64,000 bases of DNA from an uncultured delta proteobacterium (GCA_963753325.1 CAVWBS010000001.1:1642297-1706296), one strand, 5' to 3'; positions 1 to 12,071 are shown, counted from the first letter of the stretch. Numbers and translations: made by a program. The notes: generated by a model not told the origin, from the sequence alone.

Positions 1-879
1 GCCGGTCTCCAGGGTCAGGTCGGGAAACGGGATCGCGTCGCAGCTCTTGTCGACCGCGGGCACGAGCTTGATGCCGTTCGCGACGACGCTGGCGAAGCCC
101 TTGTCGCAGCTCGCCTGCGCCTTGGCGAGACACCCCTTGTCTCCGGGCTTGAGCTGCACGCACTGGAAGAGGCCGTTCAGGCACTGCCCGGTGCTCTTCA
201 GCTTGCTGGCGACGTATTTCGCGCTCGACTTCGTGACGTTCTGCTGGCACTGGGACAATCGCCGTCCGAGGCGGAGGTCCTCGACGCCCTCGCCCGGCCC
301 GCCGAGATCCTCGAGACAGTCGCCGATGTCGGTCCCGACGAGGTCGAAGAGCTCGCCGGCGCGGGGATGCGCCATGAGGTACATGCGCTCGACCGCGCAC
401 TCGTGCTCCGTGACCACGCACTCGGTGACGCTCGCGAGGTCGGTCAACGTCACCCCCGCCTGATCGAGGCAATCGGCGGCGATGTCCTCGAAGCCGACGC
501 CGTCGGCCCGCAGCACCTCCGCTGGGTCGAGGGCGGAGCACTTGGCGGTGATCGCGTCGGCGAGCTTCTGCTCCTCCGCGACGATCACCTCGTTCGCCTT
601 GTCGCAGCGGACCAGCGCCTTCTCCAGGCAGACGTCGATCGGGTCCTCCTCGGCGTCGTCGTTCGGCGCGACGGTCTGGATGCATTTCAGGGCCGTGATG
701 GCACACTTGTCGAGCTGCTTCAGCTTGGCGAGCGCGAACGACGTGCTGGCGGAGATGAGCGCCGCCTCACAGTCGGTCGCGAGCTTCGGGTTGGCGAGGA
801 ATCGCTCCTCCCCGGCCGCGGCCGGTCCCGGCGCGATGAGGGCGCTGACGAGCGCGGCGAGTATCCATGCGATGATCAT
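1..879 (-). CDS. secreted cysteine-rich protein (5' part in window; gene continues beyond window start)
   Basis: Reverse-strand ATG at 879 preceded by AGGAGG (5 nt spacer). Translation MIIAWILAALVSALIAPGPAAAG... has a signal peptide followed by a Cys-rich helical domain (KC..QC..DKC). GC3 is high. It is not in the ORF track because there is no stop within the window. Confidence 0.6.
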   Translation of the reverse strand, partial: MIIAWILAALVSALIAPGPAAAGEERFLANPKLATDCEAALISASTSFALAKLKQLDKCAITALKCIQTVAPNDDAEEDPIDVCLEKALVRCDKANEVIVAEEQKLADAITAKCSALDPAEVLRADGVGFEDIAADCLDQAGVTLTDLASVTECVVTEHECAVERMYLMAHPRAGELFDLVGTDIGDCLEDLGGPGEGVEDLRLGRRLSQCQQNVTKSSAKYVASKLKSTGQCLNGLFQCVQLKPGDKGCLAKAQASCDKGFASVVANGIKLVPAVDKSCDAIPFPDLTLETG

Positions 880-1133
880 TGGCACCTCCTCGGACGCATG
901 CCCGATGCAATGCACGGTCCATCCGGTCCCCGACCGCAACTACGTATCGCCCGCGTCCCCCCAGATGTCGCGGGACGCGCTCCCTGCCCCAAATCCGGCA
1001 ACGATCGTCGAATCGATGACGCCCGCTTGACGGTCTCGGAAGTCGTTTGCTAACGCCATGCGTAACGACGCAGCATCTGGATGGTCGCCACGGGTCATAC
1101 GGGGCGCCGCACATGGGCAAGGAGGTCGGTGGC

Positions 1134-2060
1134 ATGCGAGTTTCCTGGAACGTGAACCTGGTCGCGGGCGCGCTGGCGGCGCTCGTGCTCGTCGCTGGAT
1201 GCGGCGACGGCAACGACACCAACATCACCATCGGCGACGAGGCGACCCCCACACCGGGGGCGCCCACCCCGGCGAAGACGCCGACGGCGGGCGTAACGAC
1301 GGCAACGCCGGTCGACGAAGCGACATCGACCGCGGGCGCGGCGACGCCCACGGAGGCCGGCGGACCGACACCGACCGCCACGATGAGCCCGGGCGGCGGC
1401 GTCGACGCCGACGTACAGGCGATCACGACGGGCCTCCTGCCCTTTCTCACCAGCACGAGCCTCCTCACCGGCGGATCGGTCAGCAGCCTGACCGCGGGCG
1501 CGGCATTCGGCGAGGCGGTCCAGGTGGAGGCGGTGAAGAACGACCCCTGCCCGGACGGCGGGACCCGTGTCGACGACGAGGGCGTCCCGACGCGCACGAT
1601 CACGCTCACAGGATGCAAGGTCTCACAGGCCTCGCTCGGCCATTTCCAGGTCGATGGCACGGTCGTGATCACCCTCAGCAGCCTCACGGGCGGCACAATC
1701 GTGTTCGACGTCACCTCGCTCGACCTCGACCACAACAACCATCAGGTGCATTTCGCCGGCACGCTCACCCTGACGGTCTCGCTGAGCGGCGATTTCGTGC
1801 TGAACGGACCGCTCACGATCATGACGCCGGAGGGCAACTTCACGGTGCAGACGAACCAGATCACGATCGACTCGAACCGGCATCTCGTCTCCGGATCGGG
1901 CAGCATCTCGGATGACGCCGACAACTTCGACGTGGACACCGTCGCGATGACGGTCGCGCAGGGCGGTGCCAGCGCGACCTTCACGGTCACCTTCGACGAC
2001 ACCTCGGTGCACCACTACTCGCTGAACCTGACGAGCGGAGAGCTGACGCAGACCGACTGA
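1134..2060 (+). CDS. lipoprotein (lipobox LVAGC, Pro/Thr-rich linker)
   Basis: Internal ATG of ORF 1047..2060 preceded by AAGGAGG. N-terminus MRVSWNVNLVAGALAALVLVAGCGDG is a lipoprotein signal peptide; a TPTP linker follows. Confidence 0.75.
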   Translation: MRVSWNVNLVAGALAALVLVAGCGDGNDTNITIGDEATPTPGAPTPAKTPTAGVTTATPVDEATSTAGAATPTEAGGPTPTATMSPGGGVDADVQAITTGLLPFLTSTSLLTGGSVSSLTAGAAFGEAVQVEAVKNDPCPDGGTRVDDEGVPTRTITLTGCKVSQASLGHFQVDGTVVITLSSLTGGTIVFDVTSLDLDHNNHQVHFAGTLTLTVSLSGDFVLNGPLTIMTPEGNFTVQTNQITIDSNRHLVSGSGSISDDADNFDVDTVAMTVAQGGASATFTVTFDDTSVHHYSLNLTSGELTQTD

Positions 2061-2065
2061 CGGGT

Positions 2066-2104
2066 GAAGCCGGGGGGCGGACGTCGGGCCCGCCTCCCGG
2101 CTTC
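2066..2104. terminator. GC-rich hairpin between convergent genes (putative bidirectional terminator)
   Basis: gaagccggggggcgg / ccgcctcccggcttc gives a 15-bp stem with 14/15 pairing and a 9-nt loop. It lies between the lipoprotein stop (2060) and the TetR stop (2110). There is no T-tract, which is common at high GC. Confidence 0.4.
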
Positions 2105-2109
2105 GCGCG

Positions 2110-2793
2110 CTACGAGGCGTGGCGCGCCAACGCCTCGGTCGCCGCCCGCCGGCGCGGCCGGCCGGCGAGCACCCGCCGACCCGAGCGCGTGCCGACGCCG
2201 CGCATGAAGACGTCGACGACGGTCGCGACGAGCTGATCCAGGTGATCGTCGCGAGCGCGGTAGCGATTCACGCCGCGCATCATGCCGAGCAGCATCTCCG
2301 CCCCCAGCCGGCAGTCGATGCGACGGACGTGGCCTGCCGCCACGGCCTTGGCCAGCGTACCCTCGATCAGCGCCGAGAGCTGCGCGCGCTGTCGCAACCA
2401 TTCCCTGGCGTCCTCGTCCGAGCGGTGCTCCTGCCGGTGGATCAGCGCGAAGAAGAACCGGCGCTCCCAGAAGAACGTCAACGTCCTGCGCACGATGCGT
2501 TCCACGCGGCGTGCCGGCGAGTCGTGCTCGTCCAGCGCCGCCTCGAGCTCCCCACGCAGCCGCGCGATGCCTTCGAAGGTGATCGCGAGATAGAGCTCGC
2601 GCTTGCTGCGGAAGTGCCGGTAGAGCGTGCCCTTCCCCACCTGGCAGGCCGCGGCCACGTCCTCCATCTGCACCTCGTGGTAGTCGCGCCGGCCGAAGAT
2701 CGCCCCGGCCCGGCGCAGGATGCTCTCCCGCAGGCCCGGGATCGGCGGCCGGCCACGTCGGCGGGCGCACGGAGGAGCTGCCCGGCGTGGCAT
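2110..2793 (-). CDS. TetR/AcrR-family transcriptional regulator
   Basis: N-terminal HTH (GKGTLYRHFRSKRELY) and a TetR-like C-terminal domain. Its start ATG overlaps the stop of the upstream RND gene as ATGA at 2791-2795. Confidence 0.85.
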   Translation of the reverse strand: MPRRAAPPCARRRGRPPIPGLRESILRRAGAIFGRRDYHEVQMEDVAAACQVGKGTLYRHFRSKRELYLAITFEGIARLRGELEAALDEHDSPARRVERIVRRTLTFFWERRFFFALIHRQEHRSDEDAREWLRQRAQLSALIEGTLAKAVAAGHVRRIDCRLGAEMLLGMMRGVNRYRARDDHLDQLVATVVDVFMRGVGTRSGRRVLAGRPRRRAATEALARHAS

Positions 2794-5700
2794 CACGCAC
2801 GCGACTCCAGCGGCACCGCCAGCGGAGCTCGCCGGCGCAGCCGCAGGCACCACAGCCGGAGGCGGTCGAGATACAGGTAGACGACGGGCGTCGTGTAGAG
2901 GGTGAGCAGTTGGCTGACCAGTAGCCCGCCCACGATCGTGATCCCGAGCGGTCGGCGCAGCTCGCTTCCGGTGCCGCCGCCGAGGGCCAGCGGCAGCCCG
3001 CCGAGCAGCGCCGCCATGGTCGTCATCATGATCGGGCGGAAGCGCAGCAGGCACGCCTCGTAGATGGCCGCGTCCGGCGCCTTGCGCTCGCTGCGCTCGG
3101 CCTCGACCGCGAAGTCGATCATCATGATCGCGTTCTTCTTCACGATGCCGATGAGCAGAATGATCCCGATCAAGCCGATCACGCTGAGAATCCGTGCCGC
3201 ACAGGAGGAGCGCCACCAGCGCGCCCACCCCCGCCGACGGCAGCGTCGAGAGGATCGTGATCGGATGGACGTAGCTCTCGTACAGGACGCCGAGCACGAT
3301 GTAGACCGTCACCAGCGCGGCCGCGATCAGCAGCGGCTCGTTGGCGAGCGAGGCCTGGAACGCCTGCGCCGTCCCCTGGAAGCTCGCCCGCACGCCGCCC
3401 GGCATGCCGATCTCGCGCGCCGCGCGCTGGATCGCCTCGACCGCGGCGCCGAGCGACACCCCCGGCGCGAGGTTGAACGACAGCGTCACCGACGGGAATT
3501 GCCCTTGATGATTGACGGCGAGCGCGGTCGTCGTGCGCTCCGTGCGCGTGATCGCCGACAACGGCACCGCCTGCCCGGTCATCGAGCGCACGTAGATGTC
3601 GCGCAACGCCTCCGGACTCTGCCAGAAGCGCGGTGCGACCTCCATCACGACGTGGTACTGGTTGAGCTGCGTATACATCGTCGACACCTGGCGCTGGCCG
3701 AAGGCATCGTAGAGGGCGTCGTCGATCGCCCGTGGCGTGACCCCGAGCCGCGCCGCCGTGTCGCGATCGATCACCACCGTCGCCTCGAGACCACGGTTCT
3801 GCGCATCGCTGCTCACGTCGACCACGCCCGGCACCGTCTGCAGCCGGCGCAGCATCTTCGGCGCCCACTCGTTCAGCTCGGCGAGGTCGTCGTCCTGCAG
3901 CGTGTATTGATACGCGGCGTTGGTGAGCCGGCCGCCAACGCGGATGTCCTGGATCCCTTGCAGGTAGAGGGTGGCGCCAGGCACCGCCGCGAGCTTCGGG
4001 CGCAGCCGCGCAATCACCTCGTCGGCGCTGATCTTGCGTTCACCGAGCGGCTTCAGCGCGATGAACATGCGCGCCGTGTTGGTCGCGCCCGAGGCCCCAC
4101 CCGCGACCCCGACCGCGTTGGCGACGGCGGGGTCCTTTGCGACCACCGCCGCGAACGCCGCGATCTTCGCGTGCATGCCCTGGAACGACGTCGCCTGATC
4201 GGCCTGGATGCTACCGAAGAGCCGGCCGGTATCCTGCACGGGGAAGAAGCCCTTCGGCACGACCGTATACAGGTAGACGTTGACGCACACGGTGAGCACC
4301 GCCACGCCGAGCGTCAGCGCCGGATGGCGCAGGACCCATCCGAGACTCGTCTCGTAGCGACGGTGCAGCCAGGCGAACACCCGCTCGCTGGCGCGCGCGA
4401 CCAGGCCGCGATGCTCGGTCGCCGCCGAGCGCAGGAAGAGCGCGCACATCATCGGGGTCGTCGTCAACGACACCACCAGCGACACGGCGATCGCGACCGA
4501 CAAGGTGACGGCGAACTCGCGGAACAGCCGGCCGACGATGCCGCCCATCAGGAGGATGGGGATGAACACGGCGATCAGCGAGAGGCTCATGGACAGGACG
4601 GTGAAGCCGATCTCGCGCGAGCCGCGCAACGCCGCCTGCACGGGCGGCATCCCGATCTCCAGATAGCGCGTGATGTTCTCGATCACCACGATGGCGTCGT
4701 CCACGACGAAGCCCGTCGAGATCGTCAGCGCCATGAGCGACAGATTGTCGATGCTGTAGCCGAGCAGGTACATGACGCCGAACGTCCCGACCAGCGACAG
4801 CGGCACCACCACGCTCGGGATGAACGTCGCCCGGCCGCTGCCGAGGAACAGGAAGACGACCAGGATCACCAGCGCGATCGAGATCCCCATCGACCGCTCG
4901 ACGTCGGAGATCGACGCCCGCACGGTTTCCGTCCGGTCCATGATCACCGACAGCTGGATGCCGCGCGAGATGCTCGCCTCGAGCTGCGGCAGCAACGCGC
5001 GGACGCGCGTGACCGTGTCGATGATGTTCGCACCCGGCTGCCGGTAGATGATCACCAGCACGGCGGGCTTGCCGTTGGCGATGCCGGCGTTGCGCAGGTT
5101 CTCGACCGAGTCGTCGACCTCGGCAACGTCGGCCAGACGAACGGCCGCGCCGTTCCGGTACGAGATGATCAGCGGCCGGTACTCGTCGGCGCGCATCAAC
5201 TGATCGGTCGTGTCGATGCTCCAGGCGCGGCTCGCGTCGTGCAGCGTGCCGGTCGGGCGATTGGCGTTCGCCGCCGCGAGCGTGGCGCGCACCTGGTCGA
5301 GCCCGATCCCGTAGTGGTCGAGGGCGGTGGGGTTCAGCTCGACGCGCACGGCCGGCAACGCCGCGCCGCCCACCACCACCTGGCCGACGCCGTCCACCTG
5401 CGACAGCTTCTGCTGGATGATCGACGCCGCCGCGTCGTAGATGCGCCCGACGTCGATCGTATCCGACGTGAGCGACAGCAGCACGACGGGCGCGTCGGCG
5501 GGGTTGATCTTGCGATACGTCGGCGCGTTCGGGAGGCTCGCGGGCAGCTGCCCGCCGGCGGCGTTGATCGCCGCCTGCACGTCACGCGACGCCGCGTCGA
5601 TGTTGCGGCTCAGGTCGAACTGCAAGGTGATGGCGGTGCTGCCGAGCGAGCTGGTCGACGTCATCTCGGTGACGCCCGCGATGCGGCCGAACTGCCGCTC

Positions 5701-5901
5701 GAGCGGCATCGCGACGGCCGACGCCATCGTCTCGGGGCTTGCGCCTGGCAGTCCCGCCTGCACCATCAGCGTCGGGAACTCGACCTGCGGGATCGGGGCG
5801 ACCGGCAGATGCCGGAAGGCGAGCCCGCCGGCGAGCGCGAGGGCCACCGTACACAACGAGGTCGCGACCGGCCGGCGGATGAACGGCGCCGAGACGTTCA
5901 T
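2793..5901 (-). pseudogene. mdtC: RND multidrug efflux permease, MdtC-like (HAE1), carrying a +1 frameshift near the 3' end (or sequencing error)
   Basis: About 1036 aa RND protein, paralogous to the upstream RND gene (same TM12 motif [22 protein letters not shown]). The frame switches at about 3189, where gat-t-ctc-agc-gtg aligns to gag-ctc-agt-gtg of the intact paralog. The last about 129 aa are in ORF 2793..3182. The start ATG overlaps the stop of the preceding RND gene (ATGA at 5898-5901). Confidence 0.8.
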
Positions 5902-8900
5902 CGTGCGGCCCCCTGCTCGAGCGCGTGCGCGTCGATCGGATTGCCGACACGCCAGCGTGCAAGACGCGCGGCGAGGCGGTCGAAGGCGAGATAGATGACC
6001 GGCGTCGTGTACAGGGTCAAAAGCTGGCTCACGAGGAGCCCGCCGACGATGGTGATGCCGAGGGGCTGACGCAGCTCCGCCCCCGTGCCGCCGCCGAGCG
6101 CCAGCGGCAGACCGCCGAGCAGGGCCGCGAGGGTCGTCATCATGATCGGCCGGAAGCGCAGCAGGCACGCCTCGTAGATCGCCGCCTCCGGCGTCTTGCC
6201 CTGCTCGCGCTCCGCCTCGAGCGCGAAGTCGATCATCATGATCGCGTTCTTCTTGACGATGCCGATCAGGAGGATGATGCCGATCAAGGCGATCACACTG
6301 AGCTCCGTCCGGCAGAGGAGCAGCGCCACCAGCGCCCCGACGCCGGCCGACGGCAAGGTCGAGAGGATCGTGATCGGGTGGATGTAGCTCTCGTACAACA
6401 CGCCGAGCACGATGTAGACGGTGACGAGGGCGGCGGCGATCAGGAACGGCTCGTTGGCGAGCGACGCCTGGAACGCTTGCGCCGTCCCCTGGAAGCTCGC
6501 CCGCACGCTGCCCGGCAGCCCCACCTCGCGCGCCGCGCGCTCGATGGCCTCTACGGCCGTACCGAGCGCCGTGCCGGGCGCCAGGTTGAACGAGAGCGTC
6601 ACGGCCGGGAACTGGCCCTGGTGGTTCACCGCCAGGGCCGTCATCGTGTGCTCCACGTGCGAGAACGAGGCGAGCGGCACCGCCTGACCGTCGGCCGTCC
6701 GCACGTAGATGTCGCGCAACGCCTCCGGATTCCCCCCGAACTCCGGCCCGACCTCCATCACGACGTGGTACTGGTTGAGCTGTGTGTACATCGTCGACAC
6801 CTGGCGCTGGCCGAAGGCGTCGTAGAGTGTGTCGTCGATCGCCTGCGGTGTGACGCCGAGGCGTGCGGCGGTATCGCGATCGATCACCACCGTCGCCTCG
6901 AGGCCGCCCTGCTGCGCGTCGCTGGCGACGTCGCGTAGCTCGGGCAGCGCCTTCAGGCGATCCACCAGCCGTTCCGCCGCCTCGTGCAGCTCCGGGGCGT
7001 TCGGCGACTCGAGCGTGTACTGGTATTGCGTGCGGCTGACGCGGTTCTCGATCGTGAGATCCTGCACCGGCTGGAGGAAGAGCCTCACGCCCGGCACGTC
7101 CGCGAGGTGCGGCTGCAGTCGGCGGATGACGTCGCTCGCGCTGACGCGCCGCTCGGCGAGCGGCTTGAGGTTGATCTGCAGCCGTCCGCTGTTGAGCGTG
7201 GCGTTGGTGCCGTCGACGCCGATGAAGGAGGACAGGCTCTCCACCGCCGGGTCCTGCAGGATCACGTGCGCGAGCGCCTGCTGCCGCTCGGCCATGGCCG
7301 CGAAGGACACGGTCTGCGCGGCCTCCGAGATGCCGAGCAGGACGCCGGTGTCCTGCACGGGGAAGAAGCCCTTCGGCACCACGACGTAGAGCAGGAGCGT
7401 CGCCGCGAGTGTCGCGACCGCGACGACCAGGGTCGCCGTCTGATGGCGGAGCACGATCCGGAGCGAGCGTCCATAGCGCTCGATGACCGTCGCGAAGAAG
7501 CGCTCGGAGGCGCGATACAGGCGTCCCTGCTGCCGCTCCGGCACGTGCCGCAGGAGCTTGGCGCACATCATGGGGGTGAGCGTCAGCGACACCGCCGCCG
7601 AGACGAGGATGGTGACGCTCAACGTGACGGCGAACTCACGGAACAGGCGGCCGACGACGTCCCCCATGAAGAGCAGCGGGATCAGCACCGCGATCAGCGA
7701 GACCGTGAGCGACACGATGGTGAAGCCGATCTGCTCCGACCCCTTCAACGCGGCGGCCAGCGGCGACTCGCCCGCCTCGATGTAGCGCGAGATGTTCTCG
7801 ATCATGACGATCGCGTCGTCGACGACGAAGCCCGTCGAGATCGTGAGCGCCATGAGCGAGAGGTTGTCGAGACTGTAGCCGAGCAGATACATCGCGCCGA
7901 AGGTGCCGATCAACGAGAGCGGCACGGCGACGCTGGGGATGATGGTCGCCGACACGCTGCGCAGGAAGAGGAAGATCACCATCACCACCAGTGCCACCGT
8001 CAGCATCAGCTCGAAGCGCACGTCCGCGACCGAGGCGCGGATGGTCGTCGTCCGATCGGTGAGGATCGACACCCGTACCGACGCCGGCAGCGCGCCGGTG
8101 AGCTGCGGCAGCAGCCGATGGATGCGGTCGACCACACCGATGATGTTGGCCCCCGGTTGGCGCTGGACGTTGAGGATCACGGCGGGCTGCTCGTTCATCC
8201 ACGCCGCCTGCTGCACGTTCTCGACGTCGTCGATCACGTCGGCGACGTCGTCGACGCGCACCGGCGCACCGTTCCGATAGGCGACGATCACCGGGCGGTA
8301 GTCGTCGCTCGACAGCAGCTGATCGTTGGCACCGATGGTATAGGCGTGGCGGGCGCCGTCGAAATTGCCCTTCGCCTGGTTCACGCTCGCCTGCGCGATG
8401 GCGGTCCGCAGATCCTCGAGCCCGAGCCCGTACCCGGCGAGCGCCGTCGGGTTGGCGCGCACCCGCACCGCCGGCTTCTGGCCGCCGCTGATGCTCACCA
8501 GACCGACGCCGGGAAGCTGCGAGATCTTCTGTGCCAGCCGGGTGTCGGCGAGATCCTGCACCTTCCACAGCGGCAGGGTGGTCGACGTGAGGGCCATCGT
8601 CAGGACCGGCGCGTCGGCGGGATTGGTCTTGCTGTAGATGGGCGGGTTGGGCAGGTCCTTCGGCAGGTACGTAGAGGCGGCGTTGATCGCGGCCTGCACC
8701 TCCTGCTCGGCGACGTCGATGTCGAGATCGAGATCGAACTGCAGCGTGACGACCGAGCTGCCGTACGCGCTGGTCGAGTTCATCTGCGTCAGCCCCGGTA
8801 CCTGTCCGAACTGCCGCTCCAGGGGTGCCGTCACGGACGACGCCATCACGTCGGGACTCGCTCCCGGATAGAACGTCAGCACCTCGATGGTCGGGTAGTC

Positions 8901-9020
8901 GACCTGCGGCAACGCGGAAACCGGCAGCTGCCGGTACGCGAGGCCACCCGCCAGGAGGATCGCGCCCATCAGCAGCGAGGTCGCGACCGGGCGCAGGATG
9001 AAGGTGCGGGACGGGTTCAT
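5898..9020 (-). CDS. mdtB: RND multidrug efflux permease, MdtB-like (HAE1 family)
   Basis: 1040 aa with 12-TM RND architecture ([19 protein letters not shown]...) and two large periplasmic loops. The start overlaps the MFP stop (ATGA at 9017-9020). Confidence 0.9.
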   Translation of the reverse strand: MNPSRTFILRPVATSLLMGAILLAGGLAYRQLPVSALPQVDYPTIEVLTFYPGASPDVMASSVTAPLERQFGQVPGLTQMNSTSAYGSSVVTLQFDLDLDIDVAEQEVQAAINAASTYLPKDLPNPPIYSKTNPADAPVLTMALTSTTLPLWKVQDLADTRLAQKISQLPGVGLVSISGGQKPAVRVRANPTALAGYGLGLEDLRTAIAQASVNQAKGNFDGARHAYTIGANDQLLSSDDYRPVIVAYRNGAPVRVDDVADVIDDVENVQQAAWMNEQPAVILNVQRQPGANIIGVVDRIHRLLPQLTGALPASVRVSILTDRTTTIRASVADVRFELMLTVALVVMVIFLFLRSVSATIIPSVAVPLSLIGTFGAMYLLGYSLDNLSLMALTISTGFVVDDAIVMIENISRYIEAGESPLAAALKGSEQIGFTIVSLTVSLIAVLIPLLFMGDVVGRLFREFAVTLSVTILVSAAVSLTLTPMMCAKLLRHVPERQQGRLYRASERFFATVIERYGRSLRIVLRHQTATLVVAVATLAATLLLYVVVPKGFFPVQDTGVLLGISEAAQTVSFAAMAERQQALAHVILQDPAVESLSSFIGVDGTNATLNSGRLQINLKPLAERRVSASDVIRRLQPHLADVPGVRLFLQPVQDLTIENRVSRTQYQYTLESPNAPELHEAAERLVDRLKALPELRDVASDAQQGGLEATVVIDRDTAARLGVTPQAIDDTLYDAFGQRQVSTMYTQLNQYHVVMEVGPEFGGNPEALRDIYVRTADGQAVPLASFSHVEHTMTALAVNHQGQFPAVTLSFNLAPGTALGTAVEAIERAAREVGLPGSVRASFQGTAQAFQASLANEPFLIAAALVTVYIVLGVLYESYIHPITILSTLPSAGVGALVALLLCRTELSVIALIGIILLIGIVKKNAIMMIDFALEAEREQGKTPEAAIYEACLLRFRPIMMTTLAALLGGLPLALGGGTGAELRQPLGITIVGGLLVSQLLTLYTTPVIYLAFDRLAARLARWRVGNPIDAHALEQGAAR

Positions 9021-10249
9021 GCCGGCGGCGACGTGGGCACCGTGGCGGCAGCCGGCGCCGGCGTGGTCGGGGCCGACACCTCGACGAGGCTGCCTGCGTG
9101 GAGCTTGTCGAGGCCGTCGATCACGACGACGTCCCCGGAAGCGACGCCACGGTCGATCGCCGCGTCGGAGCCGGTCTGCGGCCCGAGCGTGACCGGCTGG
9201 ACCTCGACCGTGTGATCGGGCTTCACCGCGTAGACGAACGTCCCCTGCGGACCGCGCTGCACCGCGGCCGACGGGACGATCACGGCCTCCTTGCGCAGAT
9301 CGACGAGCAGCCGGACGTTCACGAACTGGTTCGGGAAGAGCGCCTCGTCGTCGTTCGGGAACACGGCCTTCAGGCGCGTCGTGCCCGTGGTCCGATCGAT
9401 CTGGTTGTCCAGGGTCAGGAGCGAGCCGGCGGCAATCTGTTTGGTCCCGGCGCGATCGTACGCCTCGACCGGGAGATGCTCGCCGGCGCGCACCTTCGCC
9501 AGCACGGGCGGCAGGTCGTCCTCGGGGATCGTGAAGGTGACCGCGATCGGCTGCAGCTGCGTGATGATCACGATGCCGTTCGCGTCGGTCGGATGGACCA
9601 CGTTGCCGACGTCGACCAGGCGCAACCCCGTGCGGCCGCTGATCGGCGCCGGGACGCGGCTGTAGGTCAGCTGCAGCTGCGCGCTGTCGATCATCGCCTG
9701 GTCCACCTTGAGCGCGCCCTCGAGCTGCGCCACGGCAGCGACCTTGTCGTCGTAGTCCTGCGTGGCGACGACGCCGTGCACGAGCAGATCGCGGAAGCGC
9801 GACAGCGTGACGTTGGCGTCCTTGAGCTGTGCAGCGTCCCGTGCGAGCTGGCCCTCCGCCTGCGCCAGCTGCACCTCGAAAGGACGCGGGTCGATCTCGG
9901 CGAGCAGATCGCCCTGGTGCACGAGCTGCCCCTCCTGGAAGGCGACCTTCATGATCTGTCCTTCGACGCGGCTCTTCACGTTCACCGTATTGAACGCGGT
10001 GACCGAGCCGAGTCCCGTCAGGTAGACCGGCATGTCGCCCTGGCGCGCGGGGACCGCGACGACGGGAACCGCGCGCACAACGGCAGCCGGCGGCGCCGCC
10101 CCGCCCGCGTCGTCGTTGCGCGTCCGTCGCAGCCACGAGAGGCCGAGCACCAGGACGATCACGACGAACAGCGCCCACGCCCACGGACGCAGCGTCCGTT
10201 CCCCCGCGCCCGACCCCGTCCCCGCAGCCTCTCTCGTCGGCATCGCCAT
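9017..10249 (-). CDS. mdtA: RND efflux membrane fusion protein (periplasmic adaptor, MdtA-like)
   Basis: 410 aa with an N-terminal TM anchor, biotinyl/lipoyl-like, coiled-coil hairpin and beta-barrel segments typical of the HlyD/MFP family. It is the first gene of a four-gene overlapping operon. Confidence 0.85.
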   Translation of the reverse strand: MAMPTREAAGTGSGAGERTLRPWAWALFVVIVLVLGLSWLRRTRNDDAGGAAPPAAVVRAVPVVAVPARQGDMPVYLTGLGSVTAFNTVNVKSRVEGQIMKVAFQEGQLVHQGDLLAEIDPRPFEVQLAQAEGQLARDAAQLKDANVTLSRFRDLLVHGVVATQDYDDKVAAVAQLEGALKVDQAMIDSAQLQLTYSRVPAPISGRTGLRLVDVGNVVHPTDANGIVIITQLQPIAVTFTIPEDDLPPVLAKVRAGEHLPVEAYDRAGTKQIAAGSLLTLDNQIDRTTGTTRLKAVFPNDDEALFPNQFVNVRLLVDLRKEAVIVPSAAVQRGPQGTFVYAVKPDHTVEVQPVTLGPQTGSDAAIDRGVASGDVVVIDGLDKLHAGSLVEVSAPTTPAPAAATVPTSPPA

Positions 10250-10266
10250 TAACGGACTCCCGGGTC

Positions 10267-10295
10267 AGTAAATGCCGCCCCCGGAATGCTGTCAA
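10267..10295 (-). promoter_or_regulatory. sigma-70-type promoter of the mdtA-mdtB-mdtC-tetR operon
   Basis: On the minus strand: TTGACA (perfect -35), a 17-nt spacer, then TTTACT (-10). A GGGAG RBS sits 8 nt before the ATG at 10249. Confidence 0.45.
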
Positions 10296-10355
10296 GGTCG
10301 CCCGGCCTCCGACGGCTACGCCCGCGCATCCTTGCTCCGACCCGGCGCACACACC

Positions 10356-10937
10356 ATGATGGTGCGCATGCCTCTCCACGTACTCGGCGTCCCGGGGAGC
10401 CTCCGCAGAGCGTCGTTCAACCGCGCCCTCCTGCGCGCGGCCCAGGAGCTCGCGCCGGCGGGCATGACGATCGACGTCTTCGACGGGATCGGCGCGCTGC
10501 CGCTGTACGACGCGGACGTGGAGGCGGCGGGCGATCCGTCGCCCGTCGTCGCCTGGAAGACGGCGATCGCCGGTGCCGACGCGCTGCTCATCGCCACCCC
10601 CGAGTACAACTACGGCGTCCCGGGGGTCCTGAAGAACGCCGTCGACTGGGCCTCCCGGCCACCCGGCAACTGCGTGCTGAACGCCAAGCCGGCCGCCCTC
10701 ATGGGCGCCACACCGGGCGGCACGGGCACCGCGCGGGCGCAGCTCGCGCTCCGCCAGAGCTTCGTCTTCACCGACACACGCGCCCTGTTGCAGCCGGAGG
10801 TGCTGGTCTCGCGTGCGCACGAGAAGATCGACGCCAACGGGCGGCTCACCGACGAGCCGACGCGCACCATGATCCGCAAGCTCCTCGAGGCGCTCGCCCG
10901 GTGGGCGCCGCGGGCCGGCGCCGCGCGTCCGGCCTGA
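10356..10937 (+). CDS. NADPH-dependent FMN reductase family protein (ArsH/ChrR-like flavoprotein)
   Basis: [26 protein letters not shown]...[21 protein letters not shown] matches the FMN_red (flavodoxin-like) family. The start is chosen at an internal ATG of ORF 10272..10937. Confidence 0.8.
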   Translation: MMVRMPLHVLGVPGSLRRASFNRALLRAAQELAPAGMTIDVFDGIGALPLYDADVEAAGDPSPVVAWKTAIAGADALLIATPEYNYGVPGVLKNAVDWASRPPGNCVLNAKPAALMGATPGGTGTARAQLALRQSFVFTDTRALLQPEVLVSRAHEKIDANGRLTDEPTRTMIRKLLEALARWAPRAGAARPA

Positions 10938-10943
10938 CAGCGG

Positions 10944-11606
10944 ATGGCGGATCGCACCCGCGCCCGCACGCTCGCCGCCGAGTCGATCGCGGCCGGCGAC
11001 GCCGTGGGCTGGTTCGAGCGTCTCTACGCCGAGGCCGCCCGGGGCGACGCCGTCGTGCCCTGGGTCGATCGTGCGCCGAATCCGCACGTCGTCGGCTGGC
11101 TCGACCGCGAGCGGCCGCGGCCCGGACGGGCCCTCGACGTCGGCACCGCGCTCGGCGACACGGCCGAGGAGCTGGCGCGACGCGGTTTCGCGGTCGTCGC
11201 CTTCGACGTGTCGCCGACGGCGATCGCGCAGGCGCGCGGCCGCGTGCCCGAGACGACCGTCGACTATCGGACGCTCGATCTGCTCCACCTGCCCGCGGAC
11301 CTCGTCGCGGCCTTCGACCTGGTGATCGAGTGCTACACGCTGCAGGTGCTGCCGCCCGCAGCGCGGCGCCGGGCCGTCGCCGCGCTGCGCCGCACGCTCG
11401 CTCCCGGAGGCCTGCTGCTCATCGTCGCGCGCGGCCGGGAGGCGGACCAACCGGAGGGCCAGATGCCGTGGCCCCTCACCCGGGCCGAGCTCGAGGCGAT
11501 CGCGAGCGGCGACCTGGCGCTGCTCTCGTTCGAGGACTTCGTCGACGACGAGGATCCACCGGTCCGCCGCTTTCGCGCCGCCTTCCGCCGTGGAGCGTCG
11601 CGGTGA
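10944..11606 (+). CDS. class I SAM-dependent methyltransferase (TPMT/TehB-like small-molecule MTase)
   Basis: Motif I is [18 protein letters not shown] and a Rossmann-fold MTase core follows. The gene sits 7 nt after the FMN reductase. Confidence 0.8.
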   Translation: MADRTRARTLAAESIAAGDAVGWFERLYAEAARGDAVVPWVDRAPNPHVVGWLDRERPRPGRALDVGTALGDTAEELARRGFAVVAFDVSPTAIAQARGRVPETTVDYRTLDLLHLPADLVAAFDLVIECYTLQVLPPAARRRAVAALRRTLAPGGLLLIVARGREADQPEGQMPWPLTRAELEAIASGDLALLSFEDFVDDEDPPVRRFRAAFRRGASR

Positions 11607-12061
11607 GCGCGCTCCTCCTCGCAACCGGCGGCTTCCTGCTCGCGGTGCTGTGGATGGACTTGATGTTCGACGTGCAGATTCGCGATCTGCGCGGCGCCGA
11701 GGACGCGCGCGAGGCGACCATCGCCTCGATCGCGCGCTACTACCGGCGCGTCACGACCGACGCTTCCCCCATGAACGGGCTGATCGGCGGCGTCATGCTG
11801 CTGCAGATCTGGGGCGTTGCCGATCAGGTACTGCTGCGGCGCACGTTGACGGGCTTGCCGGCCCTGCTCGTCCTCGGCCTCGGCACCGCGCCGATCGCGC
11901 TGGCGCTCGTCCGCATCGTTCCGGCCGCGGTCCGTCTCGGGCGGCGTGCCGACGCCCTCCCCGTCCAGATTGCGCTCGCGCGCGACATCTATCGCGGACA
12001 CGTCCTCTGCGTCGTCGCGATCGCGGGATTCATCCTGCTGCAGCTCCGCGTCGGCGCCTGA
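11603..12061 (+). CDS. hypothetical small membrane protein
   Basis: GTG start overlapping the MTase stop (GTGA). The protein is 152 aa with about 4 predicted TM helices and has high GC3. Confidence 0.5.
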   Translation: MSALLLATGGFLLAVLWMDLMFDVQIRDLRGAEDAREATIASIARYYRRVTTDASPMNGLIGGVMLLQIWGVADQVLLRRTLTGLPALLVLGLGTAPIALALVRIVPAAVRLGRRADALPVQIALARDIYRGHVLCVVAIAGFILLQLRVGA

Positions 12062-12071
12062 GCGCCCGTGC

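Noticed and set aside
3064-9215. Long plus-strand ORFs 3064..5994, 5925..6938 and 6984..9215 antisense to the RND genes
   Set aside because: They have an R/D/H/G-rich low-complexity composition and no domain signatures. They lie opposite well-supported RND genes.
2110-11624. Giant ORFs 2110..7566 (1818 aa) and 5898..11624 (1908 aa) on the minus strand
   Set aside because: These are read-through artefacts of GC bias. Each contains several real genes (TetR, two RND, MFP) joined by ATGA overlaps, plus Arg/Pro-rich off-frame stretches such as [15 protein letters not shown] that mark out-of-frame translation.
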